Source: Dehalococcoidia bacterium (GTDB lineage: Bacteria > Chloroflexota > Dehalococcoidia > Plut-88900). Taken from it: 64,000 nucleotides of DNA. This document shows positions 20,461-29,589 of this stretch, in pieces (the stretch's first letter is position 1; each line of letters starts with the position of its first letter). The stretch covers positions 2,816,001 through 2,880,000 of the forward strand of contig OZ240219.1 of the NCBI GenBank assembly GCA_965197645.1. The letters are read 5' to 3'. Below the pieces are notes generated by a model. It was not told where the DNA came from and searched no databases. It saw nothing but the letters and a program-made list of their open reading frames with translations. Both the position numbers and the translations under genes were made by a program.

Positions 20461-21459
20461 ATGACAACCACAGTCCTGGACCAGCTCAACGAGACCGATA
20501 AGAAGCTCCTGAACCTCCTCCAGTGGGAGTTTCCCATGGTGGAGCAACCCTTCGCCGCCATCGGCGAGAGCGTCTGCCTCAGTGAGCAGCAGGTCATCGA
20601 TAGGGTCACCGAGCTGAAAGACGCCGAGATCATACGGGAGATCAACGCCATCTTCGATACCCGGCGTCTCGGCTACAAGAGCTCCCTGGTCGCTGCGCGC
20701 GCCGCCGAGGGCAAGGTGGACGAAGTGGCCGACGTAATAAGCCAACACCCGGGCGTAAGCCACAACTACAAGCGGGACCACCATTTCAACATCTGGTTCA
20801 CCCTCGCCGTGCCCCCGGAGCAGGAGCTGGACGAGGAGTTGGAGAAGCTGGCGGCACGGGCTGGGACCGAAAAGTATCGCCTGTTGCCCACCAAGCACCT
20901 GTTCAAAATCGGTGTCAAGCTGGACATGTCCAAGGACGAAGAGACCCTGAGGCCCGAACACCGGGCCAAGGAGACCCGTTCCGACCGGGGACCCTTGACC
21001 GAAGGCGACCGGATCTTCATCCGGGAGACGCAGCAGGACCTCCCCCTCCAACCCCGCCCCTTCGATGACATGGCCCGTAATCTCGGAATGACCGTCGAGC
21101 AACTCCTGTCCAGGCTGGAGGAGTTCCAGCAGGCCGGGCTGATGCGTCGCTACGCGGCCATACTCCGGCACCAGAAGGCCGGTTTCGTAGCCAACGGAAT
21201 GGTCTGTTGGAAAGTACCCGAGGACCGGATATTGGAGGTGGGAGAAATCGCCGCCTCCTTCCCCCAGGTAAGCCACTGCTATCAGCGCCCCACCTATCCG
21301 GACTGGCCCTACAGCCTGTTTAGCATGATCCACGCCCGGAACGAGGAAAAGTGCAAGCGGATAGCGAAGCAGATATCAGAGAAGACCGGCTTGACCGATT
21401 ACGCCATCCTCTTTAGTACCAAGGAGTACAAAAAGGAGCGGGTCAAGTACTTCGTCTAG
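20461..21459 (+). CDS. Fused siroheme decarboxylase AhbA-AhbB (NirDL/GH-like, Lrp/AsnC fold)
   Basis: Two Lrp-like halves: HPGVSHNYKRDH and VSHCYQRP..PDWPYSLFSMIH, STKEYKK. Confidence 0.88.
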   Translation: MTTTVLDQLNETDKKLLNLLQWEFPMVEQPFAAIGESVCLSEQQVIDRVTELKDAEIIREINAIFDTRRLGYKSSLVAARAAEGKVDEVADVISQHPGVSHNYKRDHHFNIWFTLAVPPEQELDEELEKLAARAGTEKYRLLPTKHLFKIGVKLDMSKDEETLRPEHRAKETRSDRGPLTEGDRIFIRETQQDLPLQPRPFDDMARNLGMTVEQLLSRLEEFQQAGLMRRYAAILRHQKAGFVANGMVCWKVPEDRILEVGEIAASFPQVSHCYQRPTYPDWPYSLFSMIHARNEEKCKRIAKQISEKTGLTDYAILFSTKEYKKERVKYFV

Positions 21460-21469
21460 GCCCGCTTGT

Positions 21470-21940
21470 CTAGTCCGAACCGAGAAAGCTCCTGAGGTAA
21501 CCGGCGAAGCTTCTCATCTGGTCTGCGTCATCCAGCCCCGATTCCCAGTAGAACCGAGTGTTATCAAGAAACCAGACGTTGAATTGTATCTCGGTACCCT
21601 TCCTGACTGAACCTTCGTGGTTGCCCACGTCCACACCCTTGACGTGATCCAACTCAACCAGCGTGACGAGGTAGTGCTTGTTGTCGACCAGGAGGGTTAC
21701 CAGCAGATCGTCCGTGGCCGCCGCCAACTCGATCCTGTCTCTCTTGACAATGAACAGCCACTGTCTGGGTACGGCAGGACCGAGGAGAGACCGGAACTCG
21801 CTCCACCCAGGGGATAGGCGGGGCAGATTATTGTTGTCTATCTCCTCCCGTACCCTCTTCTCCAGCGAGCCGCCGGAGATAGGTGCCACTTTGAGAGAAC
21901 TCCTCCCCTCCCACTTTTCCATAGCGCTAACGATGGACAA
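21470..21940 (-). CDS. Hypothetical protein
   Basis: 156-aa ORF with plausible composition, convergent on ahbAB; start uncertain. Confidence 0.55.
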   Translation of the reverse strand: MSIVSAMEKWEGRSSLKVAPISGGSLEKRVREEIDNNNLPRLSPGWSEFRSLLGPAVPRQWLFIVKRDRIELAAATDDLLVTLLVDNKHYLVTLVELDHVKGVDVGNHEGSVRKGTEIQFNVWFLDNTRFYWESGLDDADQMRSFAGYLRSFLGSD

Positions 21941-21979
21941 CCAGCTAAGACAGGCCGGATGCTATAGTGAGAGGCTCGG

Positions 21980-22081
21980 CTAGTCCTCTTCGGGCTCGGG
22001 GCCGGTCATCTTGTTCTTCAGCTTGAGCAGACCGACTACCAGCAGTCCCAGAATAGGGATGAGAAGCAGCTTCTTCTTCAA
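21980..22081 (-). CDS. Small (33 aa) single-TM protein MKKKLLLIPILGLLVVGLLKLKNKMTGPEPEED
   Basis: TTG start preceded by GGAGGT RBS; basic-hydrophobic-acidic layout; below the ORF-track cutoff. Confidence 0.65.
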   Translation of the reverse strand: MKKKLLLIPILGLLVVGLLKLKNKMTGPEPEED

Positions 22082-22459
22082 CGCCTTTTACCTCCTGCAC
22101 CTCCGGATTGGAGGAGAGATTTGAGCATGGATGGTCTATATTTCTCGACTCCCGACAAAGATATTATATGCATCCGGCGTCTCTCTACGCAACCATTGGA
22201 TAAGCCATTCTCCCATCGCTTGCAGAACGCCGATGCGAAAGCTACTATATGCCTGCTTCAGATGGGGCACCATCGGTCGCGTCTGCACCAACATCATGTA
22301 GCCGCGCGATGTCAGGTCTCGAAACCAGAGGCTGATGCGGTCGCCGACCTGGCGCTAGGCCCGATGTCAGATCCGTCGAAGGCGTTCTTCCCAATAGAGC
22401 GGAGCCTGAATTACATTGAGGCTCCGCACTACGACATCTTGAACAGGAGCTTTATGTAA

Positions 22460-22672
22460 ATGGCCAACGTTTCGTGGCAGGATATAAGCCAGCACGTGCA
22501 GGACGCCTTTGATACCACCGGTAGGGTGGAAAGGCGGGTAATCTTGGAATTCGCCGAAGCCGCCAACGCCCCCGATGACATTATCGACGCCATAGATGCC
22601 GTCGGCTCTCGCGTCTTTCCCGACGTGGAGTCAACCAAGTCGTTCCTGGAGTCTCAGGGCGAAATCTCCTAG
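22460..22672 (+). CDS. Small hypothetical protein (possibly DUF2795-like)
   Basis: AGGAG RBS, 70-aa helical sequence with typical codon usage. Confidence 0.6.
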   Translation: MANVSWQDISQHVQDAFDTTGRVERRVILEFAEAANAPDDIIDAIDAVGSRVFPDVESTKSFLESQGEIS

Positions 22673-22819
22673 CTGCTCCGTGTTGACGGGGTGTTGAACA
22701 ACCTGTTCGGCCATCCGCCAGCCCCTTTCCGGCTGTACAGTGTCGAGGGTCGGGAGCGGTCGGATGCAATCCGGGGCGGGTGGGAGGGAAAACCCACCCG
22801 GGGCGGGGCAACTGGGGAA

Positions 22820-23644
22820 TCAGTCCTCTCTGTGCTTCTCAGCCTGCTCCCGCGCTGCCGCTAACATCCGAGCGAATGTATCCTCGACGTTGCTCTTCTC
22901 GAGGACGGCCAGCCCTGCAGCGCTCAAACTCCCCGGTCTCGCCGCGTCGAGTATAAGCTCCCCCACCATCTCGGACGTAAAGCCCATCTCCTCCATCATG
23001 CGCCCTGAAGATCTGAATGTGCTGAGCACGATCTTCCTGGACAGCTCCGGAGAGAAGCCGTTTTCCTGCCCGAACTCTATCAAGGCCTTGGCCAGTGGCG
23101 CAAGAAACGGGTAGCTGCAGGCGTGCAGGATCACGAAGGAGTCCATCGCATCCTCGTCTATCACCACCACCTCCTCGCAGAAACGGCTCCAGTAATCCTC
23201 GAGGTCCCGTATCCTGGCCGGGTCCGTGCCCGGCTCAGCATGTATAGCCAGGAACCCAGCTTTGATCCTGATAAAGGGCGTGGGAAACACCCAGACAAGG
23301 GTGCACCTGGATGGAAGATAGGGACGATACAGGGACAATCTGAGAGAAGAAGCGCCTGTTGCCACGATCTGGTCATCCCGAACGGTTGGGCCTATCTGTT
23401 CCATCAGCCCTGTCATCTGGTCGGGCTTGACCACCGGGTAGATCAGGTCGGCATCGGTGCAGGCTTCCAGGTTGTCGGCGAGTACGGGAATCCGGTACCT
23501 CTCTTCCAGCTCGGCGCGCCTCTCCGCCCGCCGATGGCTTGCTACCACCTGCACTCCCCTAGCTCGCTCCTCATCCGTGGCGAGGACCCTGATCAGCTCC
23601 TCGCCGTACCGGCCCGCCCCGATTATTGCGACCTTCCTGATCAT
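22820..23644 (-). CDS. Divergent pyrroline-5-carboxylate reductase (ProC-like)
   Basis: IIGAGRYG, VKPDQM, ARPGSLSAAGLAVLE (cf. SPGGTT..GL..LE). Confidence 0.75.
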   Translation of the reverse strand: MIRKVAIIGAGRYGEELIRVLATDEERARGVQVVASHRRAERRAELEERYRIPVLADNLEACTDADLIYPVVKPDQMTGLMEQIGPTVRDDQIVATGASSLRLSLYRPYLPSRCTLVWVFPTPFIRIKAGFLAIHAEPGTDPARIRDLEDYWSRFCEEVVVIDEDAMDSFVILHACSYPFLAPLAKALIEFGQENGFSPELSRKIVLSTFRSSGRMMEEMGFTSEMVGELILDAARPGSLSAAGLAVLEKSNVEDTFARMLAAAREQAEKHRED

Positions 23645-23651
23645 CTCCCGG

Positions 23652-24734
23652 CTACACCGGCGCTTTCAAGGGTTCCGGGAACCGGATGCCCAGCTCTCCG
23701 GCCAGCTCCGCCAGGCTATCCACAACGTTCGGGTGCAATGGTATGCCCAGGCGAGACCGCTCAAGGAACGTCTCATGCTCTTTCTGCCCGGGCACCAGGA
23801 CCCGCTCCTCGCCTTCCAGAGTGGGAGTGGCCTTTAGGGTCGCCAACATCTCGTCCATCATCGTCTTGAACTCGTCTACCGGGCGGAAGGCGTCGACCCT
23901 GATGGCCCCGAAGAAGTGGCTCATCTCCAACGTCTCCCTGGACAGTAAGGCGCCGAACCCAGCGCCGGACAGGACCCCCGATAGGATGTCCACCAGAATG
24001 GCCAGTCCGTACCCCTTATGGTTGCTCAGCTCCACGGACGATCCGAGGGGAAGAAGGCCCCCGCCCTCCCAGTAGGAGTTGGGGTTGTTGGTAGGGTTGC
24101 CATCCCCATCTATAGCCCAGCCCTGAGGAATGGCCTCTCCCTTTCGGCGGGCGATCTCCAGCTTACCAACGGCCACCGCGGTGCTGGCCATGTCCAGCAC
24201 GTAGGGAGGCTCCTTGTCCGTCGGTGCGGCAAAGCTCATCGCGTTTGATCCCAGCCGGCGTTCCACGCCAAAGGTGGGCACCATCACCGGCGGAGTGTTG
24301 GTCATGGCTAAGCCTATCATATCGTGAGGCAAAGCCATCGCTGCGTAGTACCCGGCGGCGCCAAAATGGCGGCTGTTGGTGACCGATACCATACCGATTC
24401 CGCTCCGCGATCCCTTCTCGATGGCAAGCTCCATCCCCCTGTGGGCCACTAGCAGGCCCAGCCCGCCGTCGCCGTCTACGAGGGCCGTGGTGGGCGTTTC
24501 CCTGACCACCTTCCAGTCCGGGTGCGGATTGACTATGCCCTTCTGAAGCCCGCCCGCGTAGGACCGATGGGCCGGTAGATGGGCTATGCCGTGGGAATCT
24601 ATTCCTCGCAGGTCGGCGTCCACCAGGACCTCCGCCGCCAGCCTGGCATCGCCGGGCGGTAGCTGTAAGTGGCCAAAAACCTCCGCAGCAAGTACTCGCA
24701 GGTCTTCTGCTTTGTATCGCAAGTAGCCTGTCAT
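23652..24734 (-). CDS. Ldh_2 family oxidoreductase (AllD/ComC/DpkA-like)
   Basis: ADLRGIDSHG, NSRHFGAAGYY, LDMAST, HKGYGL. Confidence 0.92.
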   Translation of the reverse strand: MTGYLRYKAEDLRVLAAEVFGHLQLPPGDARLAAEVLVDADLRGIDSHGIAHLPAHRSYAGGLQKGIVNPHPDWKVVRETPTTALVDGDGGLGLLVAHRGMELAIEKGSRSGIGMVSVTNSRHFGAAGYYAAMALPHDMIGLAMTNTPPVMVPTFGVERRLGSNAMSFAAPTDKEPPYVLDMASTAVAVGKLEIARRKGEAIPQGWAIDGDGNPTNNPNSYWEGGGLLPLGSSVELSNHKGYGLAILVDILSGVLSGAGFGALLSRETLEMSHFFGAIRVDAFRPVDEFKTMMDEMLATLKATPTLEGEERVLVPGQKEHETFLERSRLGIPLHPNVVDSLAELAGELGIRFPEPLKAPV

Positions 24735-24906
24735 CTATTCCCCGTGACCTTCCGGGCATCTCCTTCGAGTAACTGCGGTCCCACTGCCCGATTTGGCATT
24801 CTACCTACTCTATCTACCATTTGGAAGCGCCACCCACGCCTAAGCGTTTCCTTTTTCAGGCTGTTATACTGGTCTATAGGATATTGATCTTAATCGGAAT
24901 AATCCA

Positions 24907-25773
24907 ATGGACAGTCTTCAATTTCTGGAAATGCCCGATCTCAGGAGCCCCTCCGTAGTAGTTGGATTCTCCGGCTGGGCCAACGCGGGAGAGATCTCTT
25001 CCGGCACCGTCGGCTATCTGAGGAAGCGGTTGAAGGCCGTCAAGTACGCCGCCATCGACCCTGAGCTCTTCTACGACTTTACCTCGGTGCGCCCTCAAGG
25101 CCGGATATCCGGCGGGGTCGAGCAGGAGTTCCAGTTCGTCTCCAACGATTTCTACTACTGGCAGGTGCCCCACGCCGACAACGATCTCGTTCTGTTCCTC
25201 GGCACCGAGCCCCAGCTGCGGTGGAAGGAGTTCACCAACTGCTTCTTCTCCGCTATAGAACCCTTCGAACCGGTCCGGCTTTGCGTCCTGGGCAGCTACT
25301 ACGATTCCAATCCCCACTCCCGCCCCACCCAGGTCTCGGCCGCTGTCAACGACGCCGCCTACAAGGCCGATCTGGAAGATCACGACGTCCACTTCACCGA
25401 CTACCGCGGTCCCGCCTCCATTCACTCCATGCTCCAGCACGCATGCAGAGAGCGAAGCATGCCCTCTTTCGGGCTGTGGTCGGGCACTCCTCACTACCTC
25501 CCCACCGCCAATCCCAAGGCTTGGCGGGCCGTATTGAATCGTCTCCTGCCCATCCTCGGCATTGATCTGGACCTGGATGACCTTCGTCGTCGGGGTGAGC
25601 AGCTGGACCGCCAGGTTGCCCAGGCCCTGGTACAGAACCCCAAACTGCGGGACTACGTCAAACAGCTGGAGGAGTCCATAGAGGCCGAGGAGGAGCAAGA
25701 ACCGCTGCGCAGCGACGAAATCATCCAGAGCTTGGAGGATTTCCTGAGAAAGAAGCAGCAGGAAGGCCCCTAG
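24907..25773 (+). CDS. PAC2 (proteasome assembly chaperone-like) family protein
   Basis: FSGWANAG, DPELFYDFTSVRP, GTEPQLRW, PHSRP, PHY, YVKQLE. Confidence 0.85.
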   Translation: MDSLQFLEMPDLRSPSVVVGFSGWANAGEISSGTVGYLRKRLKAVKYAAIDPELFYDFTSVRPQGRISGGVEQEFQFVSNDFYYWQVPHADNDLVLFLGTEPQLRWKEFTNCFFSAIEPFEPVRLCVLGSYYDSNPHSRPTQVSAAVNDAAYKADLEDHDVHFTDYRGPASIHSMLQHACRERSMPSFGLWSGTPHYLPTANPKAWRAVLNRLLPILGIDLDLDDLRRRGEQLDRQVAQALVQNPKLRDYVKQLEESIEAEEEQEPLRSDEIIQSLEDFLRKKQQEGP

Positions 25774-25850
25774 TCACCCCTCATCTCCTCTGCTCCGTTC
25801 AGGCAGAGGCCATGCCGATGCAGGGCTGGTGAGAGAGCCGCCCGCCTCCC

Positions 25851-26168
25851 TTACGCGTAGGGCCCCAGGAACGTACCACCGATTACGTGCAGGTGCCCGT
25901 GCTCCTGGCTCTGCAAGCCGTCCGGCCCGAAGTTGGAAATCAGCCGGAATCCACCGGGCGAGTACTTGTTCCCCATCTCCACGGCCACCTTGCCCACCCT
26001 GTCCATGTCTCGCCAGAACTCCTCCTGGGTCAGGTGCTGTTTCCGCACGACGAGCAGCATGAGAGGCACCCACTTCAGCACGTTGTCGAAGACGATGATA
26101 TCGTCATCCTCGTACCTCACGTTGGCGGGTTCGGTCCCCTGAATTATGTCGCAGAAAACGCAGGCCAT
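25851..26168 (-). CDS. HIT domain protein
   Basis: CVFC N-terminus, HGHLHVIGG motif. Confidence 0.88.
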   Translation of the reverse strand: MACVFCDIIQGTEPANVRYEDDDIIVFDNVLKWVPLMLLVVRKQHLTQEEFWRDMDRVGKVAVEMGNKYSPGGFRLISNFGPDGLQSQEHGHLHVIGGTFLGPYA

Positions 26169-26175
26169 GGCGTGG

Positions 26176-27588
26176 CTAGCTCGAGCTTCGCCTACCGGCA
26201 GGGTCGCCGGCGGCATACTCTGTAGGTGTGGACCAGTTGCGATAATCGGGTGCGGTGATGCGGACCAGCGTAGTCACCCGGTCATCCTCCATACGAGAGC
26301 TCAGCCTCGAGTCGATCTCCTCCAGGGCCAGGGTGGTAGTAATGACGGTGGGTAGCCGGCTGTTGTAGCGATGGTTGAACAGCTGGTGCAGCTTCTCCCT
26401 TGCCCAGGGGGTGGCGCTGTGTTCACCGTAGTCGTCCAGGATCAACAGGGGCGCCATCCTGGCCTTGTTGAACATATCGTCGTAGGTGGTCCGGCTTTCC
26501 GGGGCGAAGGTGGAACGAAGGTGGTCCAACAGATCGGACACTAAGATAAACACCACCTCGGTCCCTTTGTTTCTCCGATAATGCCCTATGGCCGCAGCCA
26601 GATGCGTCTTGCCCCGTCCCGTATGGCCCATGAACACTATCCATCCGTCGGGAGACTCGGCGAAAATCCGGGCCTGCCGGAATGCGTGGTCCAGGTTCTC
26701 TGCCTGCTTCCCCTTCAGATTCCGCCCCCTTCGCTGGAAGGTTTCGAACCTCATCTGGGCCGGCAGGGAAAGGTCCAGGGTGTCCGGGGTGTTGGGGATA
26801 AACGAGCGTTTCTCCGTTGTATACACTTTCGAGAAAGCGGGGTCCGTGAGACGGCTGTGCAATCTTTCGTCGAGCCGTTCCAGGGAGACGTTGGTGGTTA
26901 CTACCGTGGGCAGTTGGGCGTTGAATCTATGATTCAGCAGCTGGAACAGCTTCTCCGCAGCCCAGGGAGTGCTGGACTGGGTGCCGAGATCGTCCAGCAC
27001 CAGGAGGGGAATGTTTCGCACTTGCTCGAAGAGATTGTCGTATGACACGTCGCTGGACGGCGAGAAGGTGGAACGAAGATGGTCCAGCAGGTCCGGCACC
27101 ACCATGAAATAGGTCTGCAGGCCCCGCTCCATGCACACGTTGGCGATGGCCGCCGCCAGGTGGGTCTTGCCGCTGCCGCTGGCCCCCACCAGAACGAACC
27201 ACCCTTCGGGTTCTCGGGCGTAGCCCCGGGCCGCCTGCAAGGCGTTGGTAAACAGGTACTGGTTCTCCGGGTGAGCGCTCTTGCCCTGGGGCGCCAGCCT
27301 ATCGAAGGTGAGGCGGGTTAGAGGGCCCAGGTTGCTGAAGCGCCGCAACCGATCGGTCTTCTGGTCCTCCCACACCTCAATTGCACACCGGCAAGGCACC
27401 GCCTTGCCGTAGTCGGGGTGTCCCACGACAACGTCCGGGGTAACCCATCCGGTCATGTTGCAGACCGTACATCCCTCCGCCCGTGGCCCATCTTCAAGAT
27501 CGACGTCGTTTAAGGGGAGTTCCGAACCGATCTCGGAAGTACTTTTCGTTATCTTCATCCTCGCCAGGATGTCGTCTATCTTCTCCAC
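26176..27588 (-). CDS. DnaC/IstB-like helicase loader with two tandem AAA+ domains
   Basis: CxxC...CRC; GASGSGKTHLAAAI and GHTGRGKTHLAAAI; two LDD Walker B motifs. Confidence 0.88.
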   Translation of the reverse strand: MEKIDDILARMKITKSTSEIGSELPLNDVDLEDGPRAEGCTVCNMTGWVTPDVVVGHPDYGKAVPCRCAIEVWEDQKTDRLRRFSNLGPLTRLTFDRLAPQGKSAHPENQYLFTNALQAARGYAREPEGWFVLVGASGSGKTHLAAAIANVCMERGLQTYFMVVPDLLDHLRSTFSPSSDVSYDNLFEQVRNIPLLVLDDLGTQSSTPWAAEKLFQLLNHRFNAQLPTVVTTNVSLERLDERLHSRLTDPAFSKVYTTEKRSFIPNTPDTLDLSLPAQMRFETFQRRGRNLKGKQAENLDHAFRQARIFAESPDGWIVFMGHTGRGKTHLAAAIGHYRRNKGTEVVFILVSDLLDHLRSTFAPESRTTYDDMFNKARMAPLLILDDYGEHSATPWAREKLHQLFNHRYNSRLPTVITTTLALEEIDSRLSSRMEDDRVTTLVRITAPDYRNWSTPTEYAAGDPAGRRSSS

Positions 27589-28204
27589 TATCCTTGCCCC
27601 GCGTTTCCCAGCTTCTCAGTATCGCTTCCACGTAGCTCCAGCTCCGAGCGTTATGCACCACCGCTTCCCCTATGGCCTCGGCTATCCAGTCCCCCGGATA
27701 AAGGGTCTCCGCCGCTTTAATCCTGTCCGCTACCAGGGGAGTCAGCACTCCTATGTTGTTTTCGTACAGGCTGAACACATCGCCCGGGGCCTTCTGAGCC
27801 ACCGCCTCCACCGATGGGAGGGCGCCTATGGAGATCTCCCCGTTCCGAATCCTCTCCACTGCCTGCCGGCCCGACTCCGTGTTGACGAAGTACAGCCGAT
27901 GCCTTGCATCGGCCCCCTCCAATGTCAGATCGAGCAGCAGCCGCCTGTCCACCGCCTTCTCCAACCCGCGCTCGAGAGCGTCCGTGCCATCGTCTCCCAG
28001 CCCGGTCATAAGGGCCCTATCGGACGCGAGTTCGTCGAATGTGACGAACTTGGGGTTCTCCTTCTTCCTGTAAACCGACCAGAAGATATGCAGTACAACC
28101 TTCAACTCCGCCAAGTCATCGATCTTCGCCAGAAGCGACGCGAAGAACACGTTGGGAATGGGGGTATTCTGGGTCCCGGAGGGAAAGCCGCTGAATTCAG
28201 GCAT
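27494..28204 (-). CDS. DnaD domain protein
   Basis: FSLYENNIGVLTP...WIAEAIGEAV...SWSYVEAILRSW. Confidence 0.88.
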   Translation of the reverse strand: MPEFSGFPSGTQNTPIPNVFFASLLAKIDDLAELKVVLHIFWSVYRKKENPKFVTFDELASDRALMTGLGDDGTDALERGLEKAVDRRLLLDLTLEGADARHRLYFVNTESGRQAVERIRNGEISIGALPSVEAVAQKAPGDVFSLYENNIGVLTPLVADRIKAAETLYPGDWIAEAIGEAVVHNARSWSYVEAILRSWETRGKDSGEDRRHPGEDEDNEKYFRDRFGTPLKRRRS

Positions 28205-28210
28205 CGGCCC

Positions 28211-29587
28211 CTACGCGGCTGTCAGGGCTAGGGGTTCGAACTTGGCCAGCTTGTCTTTGAAATGGAGGCGTACCGTGTCCGTGGGACCGTGACGGTGCTT
28301 TCCAATGATGATGTCCGCTATGCCCTTGGGATACATGGCTAGGTTGCCCTCGCCATCCCTCTCGCCGTGGCTCTTGTACCAGTCCTCTTCAGTGTAGTAG
28401 AAATCGTCCCGGTAGATGAACATCACCACGTCCGCGTCCTGCTCTATGCTGCCGCTCTCCCTGAGGTCGGACAGCAGGGGCCGATGGTTTGGGCGTACCT
28501 CCGGGGCCCGGCTGAGCTGGGACACCGCCAGCAGCGGAACGTTGAGGTCTCTGGCCAGCCCCTTCAGGGACCGTGAGATATCACTCATCTCCTGGACCCG
28601 GTACTCCGTCCCGGAAAGCATCAGGCCGATGTAGTCCACTATCACCAGGTCCACCCCGTGCTCCATGTGAAGGCGTCTCGCCTTGCTCCGCAGCTCGACG
28701 ATGTTCATGAAAGGGGAGTCGTCGATGTATATAGGTGCTTCGGCCAGCTTACCCGTGGCCTCGATTATCATCTGCTCATCTATCGTCCCGAACTGGCCCA
28801 ATCTCAAGCTCTGGGTATCTACACCGGACTCGGAAGAGAGCAGCCGTTGCACCACCTGCTCTTTGCCCATTTCCAGGCTGAAAATGGCCACGTGAGCATC
28901 CTGCTGTATCGCCGCGTTCCGTGCAATATTCAGTGCCAGACTGCTCTTGCCCAGGCTCGGCCGGGCTGCCAGGACAACCATGTCCGAGCGATGCAGGCCC
29001 CCGAGAAGCCCGTCCAACTGCCGAAATCCCGTAAGCACCAGCGGAACACGCCCGCCTTCCGTTTCCGGCCCGAACCCGCGCTCATCCAGGTACTGGTCCA
29101 GCACGTCGCTGATGTGCACGAAATCCCTGGAGCTTTGCCCCCTGCGCAGCTTGAACAGGATATCCTCGGCCCTGGTCAGGGCCTCGTCCTCGTTCGGGCC
29201 GGCCTCGTAGCCTATACCGGCTATCTCCCCGGCGGACTCGATGATCCGGCGCATCATCGCCAGCCGGTGCACGATCTTGGCGTAGTGAGCGATGTGGACC
29301 GAGGTGGGTACCGTCGATACCAGGTGACTGAGGTAAGCCGGGCCGCCGATGCCCTCCAGCCTACTCAATCTCTCCAGCTCCTCCGAGACCGATATCTGGT
29401 CGATGGCCGTGGCCCTCTCGAACAGGTTGTAGCAGGCCTCGAAGCACCAGCGGTTACGTTCGCGGTAGAAGTCGTCTACGGATATCGTCGGGGCGATGGA
29501 GGGCATGGCCTCCCCATCGATGAGCAGGGAACCGATGACCGCCTCTTCGGCGTGGATGTCGTGGGGTGGAAGCCTCTCTTCGTACAA
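28211..29587 (-). CDS. dnaB: Replicative DNA helicase
   Basis: PPHDIHAEEAV, AARPSLGKS, SQLSR, DLRESGSIEQDAD. Confidence 0.97.
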   Translation of the reverse strand: MYEERLPPHDIHAEEAVIGSLLIDGEAMPSIAPTISVDDFYRERNRWCFEACYNLFERATAIDQISVSEELERLSRLEGIGGPAYLSHLVSTVPTSVHIAHYAKIVHRLAMMRRIIESAGEIAGIGYEAGPNEDEALTRAEDILFKLRRGQSSRDFVHISDVLDQYLDERGFGPETEGGRVPLVLTGFRQLDGLLGGLHRSDMVVLAARPSLGKSSLALNIARNAAIQQDAHVAIFSLEMGKEQVVQRLLSSESGVDTQSLRLGQFGTIDEQMIIEATGKLAEAPIYIDDSPFMNIVELRSKARRLHMEHGVDLVIVDYIGLMLSGTEYRVQEMSDISRSLKGLARDLNVPLLAVSQLSRAPEVRPNHRPLLSDLRESGSIEQDADVVMFIYRDDFYYTEEDWYKSHGERDGEGNLAMYPKGIADIIIGKHRHGPTDTVRLHFKDKLAKFEPLALTAA

Positions 29588-29589
29588 AC

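Noticed and set aside
22121-22459. 112-aa ORF abutting the 70-aa gene
   Set aside because: Atypical composition, no recognisable motif; more likely a divergent promoter region
26176-27588. IS21 IstB or prophage replication module
   Set aside because: No IstA, TIRs or phage genes; embedded in a housekeeping rplI-dnaB-dnaD operon
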